Positions 11,928 to 25,827 of a DNA stretch of 64,000 nt are shown here, one piece after another. Under the pieces are notes generated by a model. That model worked only from the letters and a program-made list of their open reading frames with translations. It did not search any database and was not told the DNA's origin. The stretch comes from Basidiobolus meristosporus CBS 931.73 (taxonomy: Eukaryota; Fungi; Basidiobolomycota): NCBI GenBank assembly GCA_002104905.1, contig MCFE01000464.1:1-64000 (forward strand), given 5' to 3'. Each line of letters starts with the position of its first letter. Position 1 is the stretch's first letter. Both the position numbers and the translations under genes were made by a program.

Positions 11928-13643
11928 GATCAGATAGTATTCTGGGGTTGAGGAAATGAAGACACTGGTTTCCGTTAAATAGTGTTGATATGCGGGATAA
12001 ATACAATGAGGGTACCTCGAGAGGGTGGAGATTTGCCACATTCACTAGAGGTTACTACAATTATATAAAACCAAGAATATTATCGATCAGCCTATTGCTC
12101 AGTATGCATCCATGCCAAAACTTCATAATTGGTTGATGATGAGTAGTGTTGACTGCGGCCACCATCGAATGGGTTTTCTCAGGGTCAACATTCATACTTT
12201 AACGTCATGCTGACAGTGAACACTGCTTGAATCATCGCCGTATTGCTGGCTATAATATTGCGTGAAAGCTGACATCTACCACATCTGGATATGGTACTGT
12301 CTTCGCCTACATTTAGAAGTCATAATAATATCTAAGCAATCTCAGATATCAAGCCAAATTCCCTTTTGGTTGCCCCTAACTTGGCAGACCAGCAGAGTTG
12401 ACAGACTGACTCTCAGTTATGATGTGTGTAGACACCTCATTAAGCCACGAACATTATTAGGTATTTTATGTAGCTTAACTGGTTTGAAGGGAAAGATTTG
12501 ACGGAAATATGTACATTATTTCGAGCTAGATGGTTCATGCAGTCCTCGATCCACCTGTACCAGGTCTCCTACCAATTTCAATGAATTCGGAGAAATCCGA
12601 TGGTGATCAGCTTTGACGGAATCATTCGTTGAAATTGAGGATCGACTTTCGGTCACTTGGAGCTTTTACCCTTCCAAATGCTACTTTCGATGAGTTATAA
12701 ATCCATCAAATGAACTACCAAGTTATGATACCATTCTGTTCAACGGTATTACTGATCGCCAGTGATTTTCCGATTGCTATATGAAGTGTGATTTTGGCAC
12801 TCAGCTTAATACTTTAGTATAAGAGATTTGTATTGTCGTCTGCTAATCACTTGTTCATAGTTTGACCGTTTCCTTTTCCCGTGGAACATCCTCATTTGGT
12901 ACTTTATAGTGGTATCCTTCAACTTCATACTACGCAAGATGTCAAAATAAAATAAAATTTAAGGTGATGCTGAATTCAGAGCGCTCGTCTCCCAGGTACC
13001 ATATGTGCTTTTCGATGGTGTGAATATACATTTGTAAAATCCAAAAAGGTCAAGGCTATACTGTGAGTCATTAATAGAATAAGTAGCTTCCGGGACGAAC
13101 TTTACATTAGTCAAAGTTGTTTGTAACAAATTATAGAAAAAGGAAGTTGACATGTACGCCATACATATCTTCGCAACCCTCGACATGCACCCTCCTTCAC
13201 CAACTTGGGTAAAAATCCAGAGTAACTGATTTAGCGGTCTACCTCAAAAGCACAAATTAAAAATCAGAACGATTAGGGTCTTTCCGTCAGTGACAGTAAT
13301 AGTATATATCACTAAGTGGTACAGGCTTTTTGAACTCAAAAAACCATATAGTTTGCTATTAAAGATTCTCGAATATTATGCATCACATGGGCCTTTCTTT
13401 AAGGTTCTAACATTGACCAGAGTCAGTAAAGCCGATTGGCTAACTCAATCCTAGCGATGTCTAAATCAAGTTGGCTAATTGAACTACACTCAATTTAGCA
13501 ACCGCCAAAAAGATCTAGGTATAAACGGCTAGAGGTGATAGAAGCATAAATAATGGGGAGCGGTAAGCGAAGGGTGTCCGTGAAATGAACTCATACACGT
13601 GCAGCAGTAATGGTAAGCCCTACCAGCGACGCGACATCCTTCT

Positions 13644-15104
13644 ATGAATAGCAACTCCGGTTTAAAAAAAATCCAACAGACTCCCAGTGCAAGCGCTGCC
13701 AGCGTAACCGGAGGTATTTACGGAGAGGTTCACCAAGGTCTATAGTCCAAGCCAATCCCAGACTCCTGTAGTCGCGTTTAACATTTTGAACACAATCATC
13801 GGATCCGGGATACTTGGCTTTCCCTTTGCTGTACGGCAAGCTGGTTTCGTCGCCGGATTGATAGTTCTAATCTTTGTGGGGGTGTTAACGGACTTCTCTC
13901 TGAGAATACTCATCAAAGCCGGTAGACAGACAGGAATTTATCATTATTCAACGTTGGCACAAAAATCTCTGGGGAGAGAGCTAATCATGAATTCTATATC
14001 AATACCGAGTCATTGATGATACACTTCCTTTGCTGACCGCACAATATATCCCTGCGATTAGCATATTTCAAAACAGGATCTTTGGGATTCTCGTATGCTC
14101 TTTACTCTTTATTTTTCCATTGCTTTTCTTCAAGACTTTGGCACCTTTGGCCAAATTCTCTGCAATATCAATTGCATGCCTACCAATCATCTGTATTATT
14201 GTTGCTGTCTGAGCTCCAACATATGCCGAAGATCATTCTGTAGAATGCACAGTCTTTGGAGAGAATATATTTCCAGCGGTCGGCGTTATGAGTTTTGCTT
14301 ACGCTGTTAGCCACTCAGCGTTCCTCAACTATGCCACGTTGGAGAGTCCATCTCAACAGCGGTGGTCTATAGCCACTATCTCTGCAGTCAGCGGCTCTGT
14401 AATCATTTATCTTGCGTTCTCCGTAGTTGGGTATATGTCCTTCGGCGACGACATAAAGGCCAATATCTTCCAAAACTTCCCAACCGACGATGTTGCCATC
14501 AACATTAGCCGTCTGTGCCTCCTCATAACCATGTTCCTTACATATCCATGTGTGGTAGGCATTCTATTTCCAACCACTGACATCTCATCATCATTAAAAT
14601 CCCTCCCTAGTTTTATTCCGCTAGAATGGTGACGGACATCACGCTGAAGTTGGAAAGTGAATCAAAGATACCGACAAAAGTGCAGCATGTTGGAGTTAAC
14701 ATTGCCTTGTTTCTTGTTACTTTGGGGATTGCACTGCCTGTAAGAGATCTTGGTAAGGTGTATCAGTTGATCGGAGGTATGAGACTTGTAAATCAGTTGA
14801 ATCAATCTAGGTCTCAATCGCATTAAGACTCACCACACCATTGGCTAGCGTTGTGTGCATCTGGCATCTCTTACCTAATACCTGCGCTGATATACATGAG
14901 GGTGTTTTGGGACATCGAATGGGTGTGGCACAAAGTGGCTGGAAAGAGTACCCAAAGCTCAGTTTATTTGGAACTTTCCAGGGGTCGAAAATGAAAACTA
15001 ATTTTATGGAGGACCTGGGAGTGGCATTTCTCTTGGTGTTCGGAGTTGTTGCACTCGCCGCTGACACTGGCGGTACCATAAAAAACATCATGCATGGTAA
15101 TTGA
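13644..15104 (+). pseudogene. Amino-acid transporter (Aa_trans; AVT2/SLC38A11-like) pseudogene retaining introns
   Basis: Motifs NTIIGSGILGFPFA, VMSFAYAVSHSAF and NIFQNFPTDD; introns at about 13714-13771, 14556-14609 and 14778-14848. Lesions: deletion plus frameshift at about 13976-14010, in-frame TGA at 14210-14212, probable frameshift at about 14970-14995 before the last TM. Confidence 0.8.
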
Positions 15105-15465
15105 GTTGCATCGCATGAAAATATCCGCTGGTGGCAATGGGACTTCCACCTCCACAAACAACAGACACACCACAAGCAGGCTGAGGGTTGCGAAACATTA
15201 GATTGTAAACGACCACCCATATATTTTAATAAATTAGAAGTCACAATAAACCAAATTTCAACCGCTTCCCGCAGACGGGGTGACTGATATATATCAAATG
15301 AAAAAAATTGATAGCTGGGCTACACAGCTGATGTGTTGATTGGATGGTGAATTCTCTATAATAAAAAAAAAGAAAGGCTTCTAATGATTGTCAATACCTG
15401 AAGGAACTGAGCTACCAACTATCCAGTCTAGAAGCATACCTAAGTGTAGTCAATAACAATCGAAC

Positions 15466-17110
15466 ATGCCGAAGTATTGTGTACTCTGCAATGAGAATAG
15501 GGCCGTTATCAAAAGACCCAAGACTGGCCAACAGATTTGCCGAGAATGTTTTTACTACGTTTTTGAGACGGAAATTCACAACACCATAACGGATAACAAG
15601 TTGTTCAAGCGAGGGGATCGTGTAGCGATTGGCGCTTCGGGCGGAAAAGGTAGATGAGCGAGATACGTTCTACTGGCGAGAGTTTGGAGCATTTTCCATG
15701 GACAATGACTAACTTTGCATTCAAACAAGATTCCACCGTTCTTGCATATGTATTGAAACTCCTGAATGAACGCTATGACTACGGCCTAGATTTGTTCCTC
15801 TTATCTATTGATGAAGGAATTACTGGATATCGTGATGATTCCCTAGAGGTAAATTACCGCCTTCTACAAACTCTTACTCTCTATGCCTATTACTAAATCG
15901 CCTTCGGATAGACTGTTAAACGTAACCAACAACAATACGACTTGCCTCTGAAAATTGTGTCCTATGAGCAACTCTACCATTGGACTATGGATGACATCGT
16001 AAAAGCGGTTGGACTGAAGAATAATTGTGATTATCCTAAATATGCACTTTTGACGATATGGCGTTAACATATATGTGCTTTCAGGTACATTCTGTGGAGT
16101 TTTTAGACGACAAGCTCTGGATCGTGGTGCTGTCATGCTTGGAGTTGATCATATAGTGACCGGCCATAATGCTGATGATATTGCCGAGACTATTTTGATG
16201 AATAGTATGTATATCCTTGGTTAGCTCGGTTGATTTAAGATTAGTCGGACTAACATATTCCCAGTCCTGAGAGGCGATATCGCTCGTCTTCAACGCTGTA
16301 CTGAGATTGGCACGACTGGTGAAGGATGCATTCACAGATCCAAGCCCTTCAAATACACATATGAGAAGGAAATCGTCATGTAAGCACTCGCCAACTCAAA
16401 AACTGAAATGCACCCCATTCATGATTTATTAACACACGAGGATCTGTTGATTTGTTAGGTATGCCTATTTCAAGAAGCTTGACTACTTCTCGACCGAATG
16501 TATATATTCACCAAACGCCTACCGTGGATATGCTCGTGCATTTTTGAAAGACCTGGAGGCCATTCGACCCAGCGCCATCGTTGGTTAGTGGAAATACTGA
16601 CTGTTACGGTTCTTCGTTCGAGCACAGATTCACCGTGTTCTATAGATATTATCCATTCGGGAGAGGCTTTCGAAATCAAATCGGACACCAAAGCTCCAGT
16701 TCAAGGTAGCTAATGCTCCACAGATGGCCTTCGTTCATATGTTAACAATACTTCTAAACAGTCGGAACTTGCGAACGTTGCGGATACATGTCCAGTAACA
16801 ACGTATGTAAGGCTTGCGTTTTACTTGAAGGCTTAAATCGTGGTCTGCCAAAGTAAGTTTTTCCGTGGTGACTTAATCTCTGCCCATGTTTGACAAGTAT
16901 TTTGCACCTTAAGGCTCGGTATCGGAAAGACTCATAGACTGGTAAATACCCGCCCATCATACACCTCTCACGTAACCTGGATACTCATTCTGCATCATTT
17001 ATTCGTAGCGTAAAATCCATGGGGATATGCCTGAAAACACCGCAACCATCCAACATTTCAGCGAAATCAAGAAAGAGGTTGACCCCCTATCACCATCCCA
17101 AGCGCAATAA
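15466..17110 (+). CDS. NCS6: Cytoplasmic tRNA 2-thiolation protein 1 (Ncs6/Ctu1), multi-exon
   Basis: N-terminal CxxC..CxxC, PP-loop [58 protein letters not shown] and C-terminal [13 protein letters not shown]. The last small exons are inferred. Confidence 0.95.
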
Positions 17111-17361
17111 GAACACCCACCGAATTAATTGCTGTCCTCTCCCCTCCCCTAAAAAGACTCGCAACTTTGTTAGAATTAAAGTGAACGTTATCCACCATGC
17201 TGGTTTATTGAGCAAAGGGTGTAAATCATATATAAAGTAACAGGAATAGTTGCGTAAGTAAATAATTCTGCATGGACCATATGCTAGTGTTAGTATACCA
17301 CCTGAATGGTAGGCAGAGTAAAGGAGTGCAATTGGGAATAAGACGCCTTTGATCGAGCACC

Positions 17362-20300
17362 TTAGTGAAACAAATGAAGATGATGATGACGGGTTTTCTT
17401 CTCAGACTCGCGTGGAGGTAAGGGTGGGGTTGCAGCTGGAGAAGGTGAGTGATATGAGGCTCTCGATGAGGCCTCTGACCTTGGTGAGGGTGAGGCCGAG
17501 GCCGCGGAGGAAAGCGGCGAGTGACTAAGAGGTCTAGGACTACGACGACTCATTCTTGAAGGTGGGGCTAACGAGCTACGCTTCAGGCCAGCCGTGTTGA
17601 TTTGTAGCTTAGCGACGTCAGGCAATTGGTCGATTCCAGCGGTTCTGGTACGTGTAGGCGCAGGCCGGTGCAGTTCAGTCAGATCCTTAAGGAAGTTATG
17701 AGGGGTGATCATATTTGTGGTTCCTAAGATTCGTTAGCATTATTCCACTGATCATGATAATTGCAGTCACTGGAAATCTTACCAACAACGATATCACGGT
17801 CGTAATCTTCGGTCAACTCATAGATGGTGCGAAGCTCGGAATAAGTGAGACCTCCAGCCATGAAAACAATCACTCGTCCTTTGAGTGAACCACGGTAGCC
17901 ACCGTTCTGAAGCTAGATGTAAGTTCTCAAGAAACGTAAGAGGTTTCGAACAATTGGAACTAACCACTGCTGGGTCTCGACGCTTGATCCACTGTGGATC
18001 CAGACTGAGAAAAAAATCAATGCAAGTTCCTTGGAGGTCACATAAGGGTTAAGTAAAGCTTACTATCTAAGCGCGCGAGGAAATACATTGTCCTCCAATT
18101 CCTTCTCCTGGTTTTGCTCCTTGACAAAAGGGAAATTGGCCTCAGGAAGGGTTTGCTTGATTTCGTTCTATAAGACATGGGGGTTTGCGTTGGTAAAGGA
18201 TTTCCTGTAAGCACCAGATATGCAACGTACTTCGATTACGCGTTTCAGCATCAAGTCATATCGAATTGTCTCGTCCTTTGACTTCACTCCATACGATTTC
18301 AACTTTTTGTAAAGATTGGTGCCCTTTTTTGAATCCTAAACACGTCTTTGATAAGAGGCCGAGGTCATGGTACGGATATTAGAGCAATTACCTTCAACAC
18401 CTTCACCCCCATGTGGGTGATATTATTTAGTGTAAGATCATCCTCGGAGTTGGCTAGAATGCCTGTTTGATCTCGGATCGTTTGAAGATTCTCCTCCCGA
18501 ATGCCGTCCTTCGAAGTTAAATAAAGAAGCAATAGACGGAGTCGGTTGTCATCACTGGATACGGTGGTGCAAATTAGCCATATGCCACCTCTGGGTAACT
18601 GGTTTTTGAACCTACTTGTCTAGCTCTCGGACGAGGTGTATGACTTCGTCTAGCATATGCTTTACGGTATTCCCCTCAGCATCTTCCCCAGTAGCTAGAA
18701 TCTAGTATGAATTCTAGTTTAGCTGCAGCTTCAACATAGCATTAGAAGTGGATCTGTCTGACTTGTTCCAATGGCACCAACTCCGCGTAATTGTATGTCT
18801 GGAATAGCTCCTTACATTCGGTGACCATGGTAAAATGACAAGAAAGCTATACAACAGCGCACAAAAGAATGAGCCGTCAATCAATCAGCACAGCAGTTTG
18901 GATCTAAACTACCTTTTCCTTGAATTCTTGGTAATCAGGAAGTTGGAAAACTGCCTCTCGGAGTTGCTGAATCATGGCCTGTGGACTCCTGCACCCGAAC
19001 AAAGATGTTTAATCACAAGAACATGGCGAAACAGAAATGACGAAACAGACATCCCAGGCTTGTTTTGAAGCTTCTTCGAGGTAAGCTTATTCAACTCGCT
19101 CACCAATTCCTTGATTGTATCAGCGAAATAGGTGTGTCGGTACTTCACCCAGAGTTGATCATTCTCATCCAGGCTTGCTTTCTTCTCAACCACGTTATTT
19201 GTATTATCGGTGATTTCGTACCTTTGCGTGTGTTGTAAACCATTAGGAAAACCACCGGCAAAGCTTCAGACTGATGAATTGAAATGGAAAGCAACTTACT
19301 GATACTTGCGGTCATCTGTTATATCCAACATATCATATGCCATTGCCTGGTATGTTATGTCGTGGAGTAGCGGTGCTTTCATATCCAGTGTACGATCTAG
19401 AATGATCAATGACGCCCTAGGCTCGGTTGTATTTTGCAACTACACACGGACACAAAGGGTGAATCTCTATTTGCTGAATACTTTCAAGATCGCTAGGAAC
19501 ATGGAAATACATATGACTTCTCCTTCACGCTTAGGTGCTCCAGTTCTTTTTCAACGGCCTTTGCAAGCTGCTCAGCAACCGTGCATGAATTTATTTCGCC
19601 GTCGGGCTTGAAATACCGGATAATTGGATTCTCCTTGAGCGTGTAGCAAGCAGAAGCAATCTGTTGGAGTAAGGGATGCATGAGCATAAGCCACTCTCCA
19701 CCTAAAACAATCAAGAAAAGCAAACCTTCTTAGCAATAACTTCAAGCTCTTTTGGAAGATTATCCTTCAACTCGCTAGAAAACAACCTGACAATACTTTG
19801 ATGCAACTTTAGATCAAAGAGTCTGGTTTCAGGCGCTGCAAGTGGGTAAACGGTTATTCGTGAACCGGTACACATACTGCGAAGAAAAAGCATACTAAAA
19901 AGATCCACGTAAACTTCTTTGATGGATTTGATATACTTCATGGCGGGCGAAGATAGCAGATTATGATAATACCCGTCATCTAAATCTAAGCTCGACAAAC
20001 TCTAGTCAACATGGTAGTCTATCCAATCCAAATAGCTGAAACTACCTGAGATGAAATACACAAAGGCCGATTTATACCGGAGCTTCTGAGCATTCTGGAA
20101 ATCCTCCATCAAAGCAACCACAGACTCATGGCTAGGAGTCAATAAATACAAGGCATTATAGTTTGAGTAATCGTTCTTTTCCCCCTGTCCAATAACGACA
20201 ACCTCTGAAAAATACCAACGAGAGAATCGTGTTAAGTTCCCCAGATAAGAAGATGCTTGAGACAGAACAGTATGTCAAGTTGTCTTAACGTTTACCTCCG

Positions 20301-20568
20301 ATATGGCCGTAATATATCTCAGTATCACCAATCACTTCACCCAGCAGTCTTCTCGAGTGAGCATCAGTGACAAGAATGTACGTTTCCTTTGACGCCTCCA
20401 TCACTTGAAGTATGTCCAGAAAACCTGAAAGTAAAAATGTTTAAACAGAGTCGCTGGGTAGATGAGGTCTGCCGAATGCTTTACTGAAAGCCAAAGCCAA
20501 TATAAACAGATGCTGCTCTTACGTTTTCTAACTATCTGACGAATGGATATGGAAGTGATTTCCGACAT
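17362..20568 (-). CDS. SEC1: Sec1/Munc18 (SM) family vesicle-fusion protein, multi-exon
   Basis: Spliced segments give ALYLLTPSHESV, LKENPIIRY, LIILDRTLDMKAPLLHDITYQAMAYDML and LDENDQLWVKYRHTYFAD, plus the long basic Ser/Pro tail typical of fungal Sec1. Confidence 0.9.
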
Positions 20569-20983
20569 GTTCGTAAGCTCGACTTTTCAGAAAGCCAACA
20601 GAATCTCTACGAAAACAGCGGGTAAAGTATGAGAACCCTCGAGACCCAATACTCCTTTTATGTCACCTTGGAAACACAAAGGATGTGTGTGATGCTCCGA
20701 GTTTGGGCCGTCAATTACCTCTAATCAATGGGCTAAATTGAGATAAATCGTTTAAGGGGAGTTTAAGTAAATTCATAGCATTTGGCCATCCCATCCATAT
20801 TCCAACGTCCCAATATCACCTTCATGGAGGAAATCCAGATGGATCATTAATTTCTATGGGCTTAGTTGTGCGACAAGCCTTTAGAGAAATTATTGGGAGT
20901 TTATTGGGCATTATTACATGAACTCCATGTTGATGTCTGGTGGTGGAGCTATACCAAGAAGCTAGATAGATCGATATTATACT

Positions 20984-21978
20984 CTACAGATCTATGGTGG
21001 GCTTTCCTTTGAATTTTTTAGCAGCACGATCGCTAGCTTTACAGAGCAGCTGGTTTCCATACAGGGTGAATATGCTATCGCGAATTTTGAATGTGAAAAC
21101 GCTATTGACTTTTGGAATGACTAAGAGAGGTGTGGGTTAGGGCCAGGCCAATTGCTATTACTAACATGCGGGATGCTTACCCAGCAGCCGATCATTGGAG
21201 GTGATGATGTTGAATACGTTTCGTTTTTCTTGAACCAAAATCCCCGACACTCCGATGTAGTGGGGACATTTGGATTTAACCACTATGTCGAATGGGAAGA
21301 CAGTTACCATCTATCCGGAAGGTGTTCTGACATGTTCGCGTGGTTTTGTTACCTGTGATGAGGCACCCATGGAGGTCTGCTTTTAGAATCTTTTGCGCAA
21401 AAACGGAAGGACTGGAGCCGTTGAATAGCTCCTCCATGTATTGCAGCCATAGCTTATGCAATGGCACAAACAGGGCATACCTGGAAATCATACGAGTTAC
21501 TTGCTGTCATGCCTGGGAAAATATGCGCATTTATCGAAACTACTTATGGCATTCGGCGGGCAAATCGTAAACCTTGCCCTCTTTCTTCTCTTTGGAAGTC
21601 AGACCCAACCGTCTCTGTTTTCCGCGAGACTTCTTTTGACTGTTTTTGGCAGCAGGATTGTCGAGTAGTAGGACCTTTCCTTTGATCTTGCTGTCGTATA
21701 TTTTGGCTTGATCGAATCTATTATTTACAGTGTTGGTAACAAAGTCAGGCGCGAATTTTTTGGTGTTTTCGTTGAGAGGAGGTGCTTCCTACGAGAATTC
21801 AACCGATACCGTGTCAACCATTAACATCCACACCACACATCAAACATTATTATAAAGGAACCTCTTTGGCGATTTCTGGGTGGTTTCTAACGAAAGAGCC
21901 GAGACTAGCGTAAGGATCGATTTCTTTACTTCCTGAATCTCCTTGATTGGGCAACGATGTGTGAGTTGCATGATCCAT
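20984..21978 (-). CDS. POP4: RNase P/MRP subunit Pop4 (Rpp29), multi-exon
   Basis: PLHKLWLQYMEEL, KILKADLHGCLIT/VVKSKCPHYIGVSGILVQE, IPKVNSVFTF and LYGNQL...SDRAAKKFK. Start codon inferred at 21978. Confidence 0.9.
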
Positions 21979-22350
21979 TCCTGTACTGAGAAGGCACCAA
22001 CAAACCTTTCTGCGTGTCCATCTTGGAACTAGGTTGTAGGGCAAGTATTTTGGAATGCGACCTGGAGATTTTTATTGAATCCTTTGTGCAAAAAAAGAAT
22101 GCGAACTTGGGTTACAAAAAGAATTCACACTACCAAATCCACTTAAGATGTTGATTAAAAGGTTGCTTTGTCTGGCTGGAGGGAAAGTGAGATCGAAATC
22201 GATGGTCCAATTCTCTGGATGTTCATGTGTATCCCCTATCTCCATTCTCCATTAGGATAGGCAATAAGTCAAGCCCTTCCGTGGCTATGACGTATTTAAA
22301 GAATTTGAAGAGACATTCTATTGACCAATTTGCTTGGTAACCGGCAAATA

Positions 22351-22955
22351 ATGCGTGACCCAACCGAGACAGTAGACGCCTATTTCATAGCAATTCAGAA
22401 CGGAGATGCTGAAGCAGTTCGCACTTTGTTAGCGGTAGATCGCTCCCTCACCTCGAAAAAGAAGCGAGGCAACTACAAATACGAGACGGAAGTGGAATTG
22501 GATGCGTATAAGTTTCTGGGCGCGTATATCGGACAGCTGACTGGTCTTCAAGCGGCCATCCTTAGCGGTCAAGAATCCATTGCCCAGGACATTCTTGATT
22601 CGACCTTTGCCGAAGGTAAAAACTCCCCTGACATCTACACAGCTCTTTGTTATCTAGCGCTCACCATCTATTCTACGCGCTCCACCGCAACCCTATAGAA
22701 ATCGACCTGACTTTTGGGGTAATCAATAACCGTTTTATCGACATTTCACTGATTGACATAGACTAAGGAACAATTCCTCACTAGGATAACAACACTGCCC
22801 TTCATTTGGCAACTTTTTTCAATTTTAAAGATCTAGTCAAGTCTCTGCTTGAGCGAGGTGCAGACGGTTCACGTAAGAACGGAAAAGGCCTCACTTCAAT
22901 CGATCTGTCCAACGACCCTGAGATTCTTACGTTGTTAAACGCTTACGAACATTGA
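22351..22955 (+). CDS. Small ankyrin-repeat protein, multi-exon
   Basis: AIQNGDAEAVRTLL, LTGLQAAILSGQESIA, NTALHLATFFNFKDLVKSLLERGAD and NGKGLTSIDL ankyrin consensus segments, with GT-AG introns. Confidence 0.85.
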
Positions 22956-23550
22956 GTTCCTGTTCGACGAACTTATTGTAAGTGCTCCTTACACAGGCCA
23001 AGATGCTTCCACCCGATAAAATTAACGGATTTGTTTTCACCAGGTTAGCCGGTTGGGAGGATTGATGGTGTTTCCTTTTCGGGGAAATCCCTTTTCCATC
23101 GTATTATCGTTGGAATGCGATAAAACAACTGCCATCCATTTTCTCCAGCTTGGGTAATTTAACCAATGATATAATAAAAGTTCAATCATACCCTCTCGAA
23201 CAGTGAAAAATCATGTACAAAAAGGTCAAAAAAAAAACTAATTCCTATGAAAGAAACTTCAAGGAACTCTCAGTAACGAGTCACGTCACACGCTTGTAGA
23301 CACGCCTTGGAACTAACCTTCTTTCGCTTCGTCACCTCCACTTCATATATACATAGAAAGAGAGTCACCTTCAACTGGGGAAATCTCGAATGGATCAGCA
23401 AATTGGCACGTTTTCTCTATCACCCACCAAGTCAAGCAGAGCGATGGCTAATTTGAGTTTCTTCTATTAATCGATAAATCAGGTAAAGAGCCAGTGGCCA
23501 GAGGTGAAGTAACGAGAGAGCCAACATCGCCTCTAACAGAAAACAACAAC

Positions 23551-25827
23551 ATGGATCTGAATCCCCCCAAAAGCCTTAAAAATCGAGAGCCTTCTCGACC
23601 TAACAATGCACCTGGAAGCGAGTCAACTGTGCAGCGTGCTGACTTCATAACATGCTCGGAGCCTTTTGTTGAAGGAGAGAACCTGGCTGGTTTAAAGTTG
23701 GAGCTGGGAAAGGTAGCTTAATTGCTGAGATTTGTTGGTTTTCTCAGCGAAGCGCTAACGAAAACTTCCAATCGTTGCAGCAAGACAACATCGACTATGA
23801 TCGCTTTTGCAACGGAGATATTGTTTCCGAATTACTTGACACAAAGGTCAGTCTTATGTAGCCACAGCTCAGTCCTGAGTTGTTTTTTAACCGCTTTTGG
23901 AGCACAGGGCCAACTAAACGATATCCCACGAGAGGTGTTTACTGCAGCCCGTTCGCGAGCTAACCCGTACGAAAGAATCGGGAAATCCATTTTTATTAAT
24001 AGAAGCGCGGTCAAGTTGGCTGCTATCGATGCTATGTTTGGATTGTCCGCAACGAAGCAAACGGTTGCGCCGAAAACTAATGTAAAACTTCATCCAGTCT
24101 TTCTCTTGGCTGCCTCTAACCAGCTGGCTTCTAGTTGTTTAAATTTGCCGACCTGTGTTCTGGCCCTGGTGGGTTTTCAGGTATTTCAAGAAACATGTTC
24201 TACCCGAGATGTGTGGCTGGGTTTCTTAAGCTGCTATCATTCTAGAATATCTTCTCTGGAGAAAGCATACGTGGGGTGAGAAAGCACATGGGTGGGGGCT
24301 GACACTGAAAGGAGACAAGGATTTTACGCTAGACCAATTCCACCCAGCTGCTTTAGCGCATCATTGCTTTACGCCGTGTTATGGTAATCGCAGCCCGACT
24401 TGAGCCACCATCTATATGGACTAATCGATCCCACAGGAGATATCTATCTTGAGGAGAACATAAGAAATTTTTCAAACACAGTCAGAGACGCCACTGAAGA
24501 TATCGGCGTGGACTTGGTTGTGGGCGATGGGGTACGTCTCGGTTGACAATAAGGGTTCTTGCAGCAACGTTCATTCTCTAATACACCCATTTCAGGGTAT
24601 GAGTGTTGAAGGTGAGGAAAACTCACAGGAAGGCTTGATGAAGCAACTCATCCTCTGCCAGATACTGTCTATGTTTACCGTATTGAGAAAAGGTTGGTCT
24701 TCAAAACTTTTGACTGGACATAGATTGTAGTTTGAGCTGACTTTGCGAGGAACTTAGGCGGTGATTTTGCGGTCAAAATCTTTGATGTCCTCACCCCGTT
24801 TACCGCAGGTCTAATGTACATCCTTTATCGCCAATTTGAGAAAGTGTGCATCTTGAAGCCACTGACCAGTCGTCCGGCCAATGCCGAAAGGTGAGCCAAT
24901 GATGTGGAGCTCATCTTGCACCCCAGCACTAAGCCACTTCGTAGGTTTATTGTCGCCATGAATTTGAAGGAGCGAAGCCCCAAAATTATCGACCACCTGT
25001 ACATGGTGAATAACAAGATCAATGAGTTGAAGCAAGGGGGAGCGGACCTTCAGGTGGTTGAAATCATCGATATGGATGTGATGGTAAAGGATGAGGCCTT
25101 TCTCGATTACTTGCAGACGACCAACATGAGAATCGCAATCAAACAAATCGAGGCCTTGAAGGACCTTCTAAAGTACATCAAAAACCCGGATCTTCGCTAC
25201 CCAAATCAAGAGCAGGTTAGAAGACAGTGTTTGCAGGAATGGAGACTGCCTGTAGATGAGCCTAGACGTGACCATCAGAGAAGGCAGAACGATCGTCGAA
25301 GAGATCATAGACCTTATCCCCGCCGACGCTACGATGACCATGACCATAGAGATCGGCATCGGCCGAGAGACCGCCCAAGAGACCGTGAAAGAGATAGAGA
25401 TCGTGAGCGCGAACGTGAGAGGGATCGTAGCAAACTCAAGGAAGAGGAGATTAGAAACAAGCATAAGAATAGTGTATACAGTACCATGAATTGGCAAAGT
25501 CGAGCCAGTGAACATGCTCTAAAGTAAGTTTCACCAGTTGTTTCATGTTAGACTGTATGCTAAAATGTAGCCAGGTCTCCTACGGATTCTAGCTTTGGCA
25601 CATCAAATTCATTTGGAGGCGGGGATTCCTTGGCCAGCCTGATGGCCGATTTCCTAGGCGATGGGCCAGCGGAACAGTTACTATCACCTACACCATTTGC
25701 CAGCCGCTCCAGCAACAAGCGCACGGCGGAAGCGTCTCTATCGCCCGAGAAGCGACAGAAATCCGAAAAATCCAACGAAGATGTGTTAACGTCATTGTTG
25801 AACACAATCAACTCGGACAAGTCGTAG
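23551..25827 (+). CDS. CMTR1: Cap-specific mRNA 2'-O-methyltransferase 1-like (CMTR1/FtsJ fold) with an RD/RE-rich tail, multi-exon
   Basis: [68 protein letters not shown]: complete K-D-K-E tetrad. The start may be at 23390 through a GC-AG intron; last exon 25570-25827 is inferred. Confidence 0.9.

Noticed and set aside
12480-14212. In-frame TGA codons in remnants suggesting stop-codon recoding or readthrough
   Set aside because: Intact genes in the window end with TGA, TAA and TAG normally, and the same remnants also carry frameshifts.
25168-25515. Long antisense and alternative-frame ORFs over the CMTR1 RD/RE tail (also 11615-11929, 8144-8551)
   Set aside because: Shadow ORFs of repetitive or biased coding sequence, with no independent protein features.
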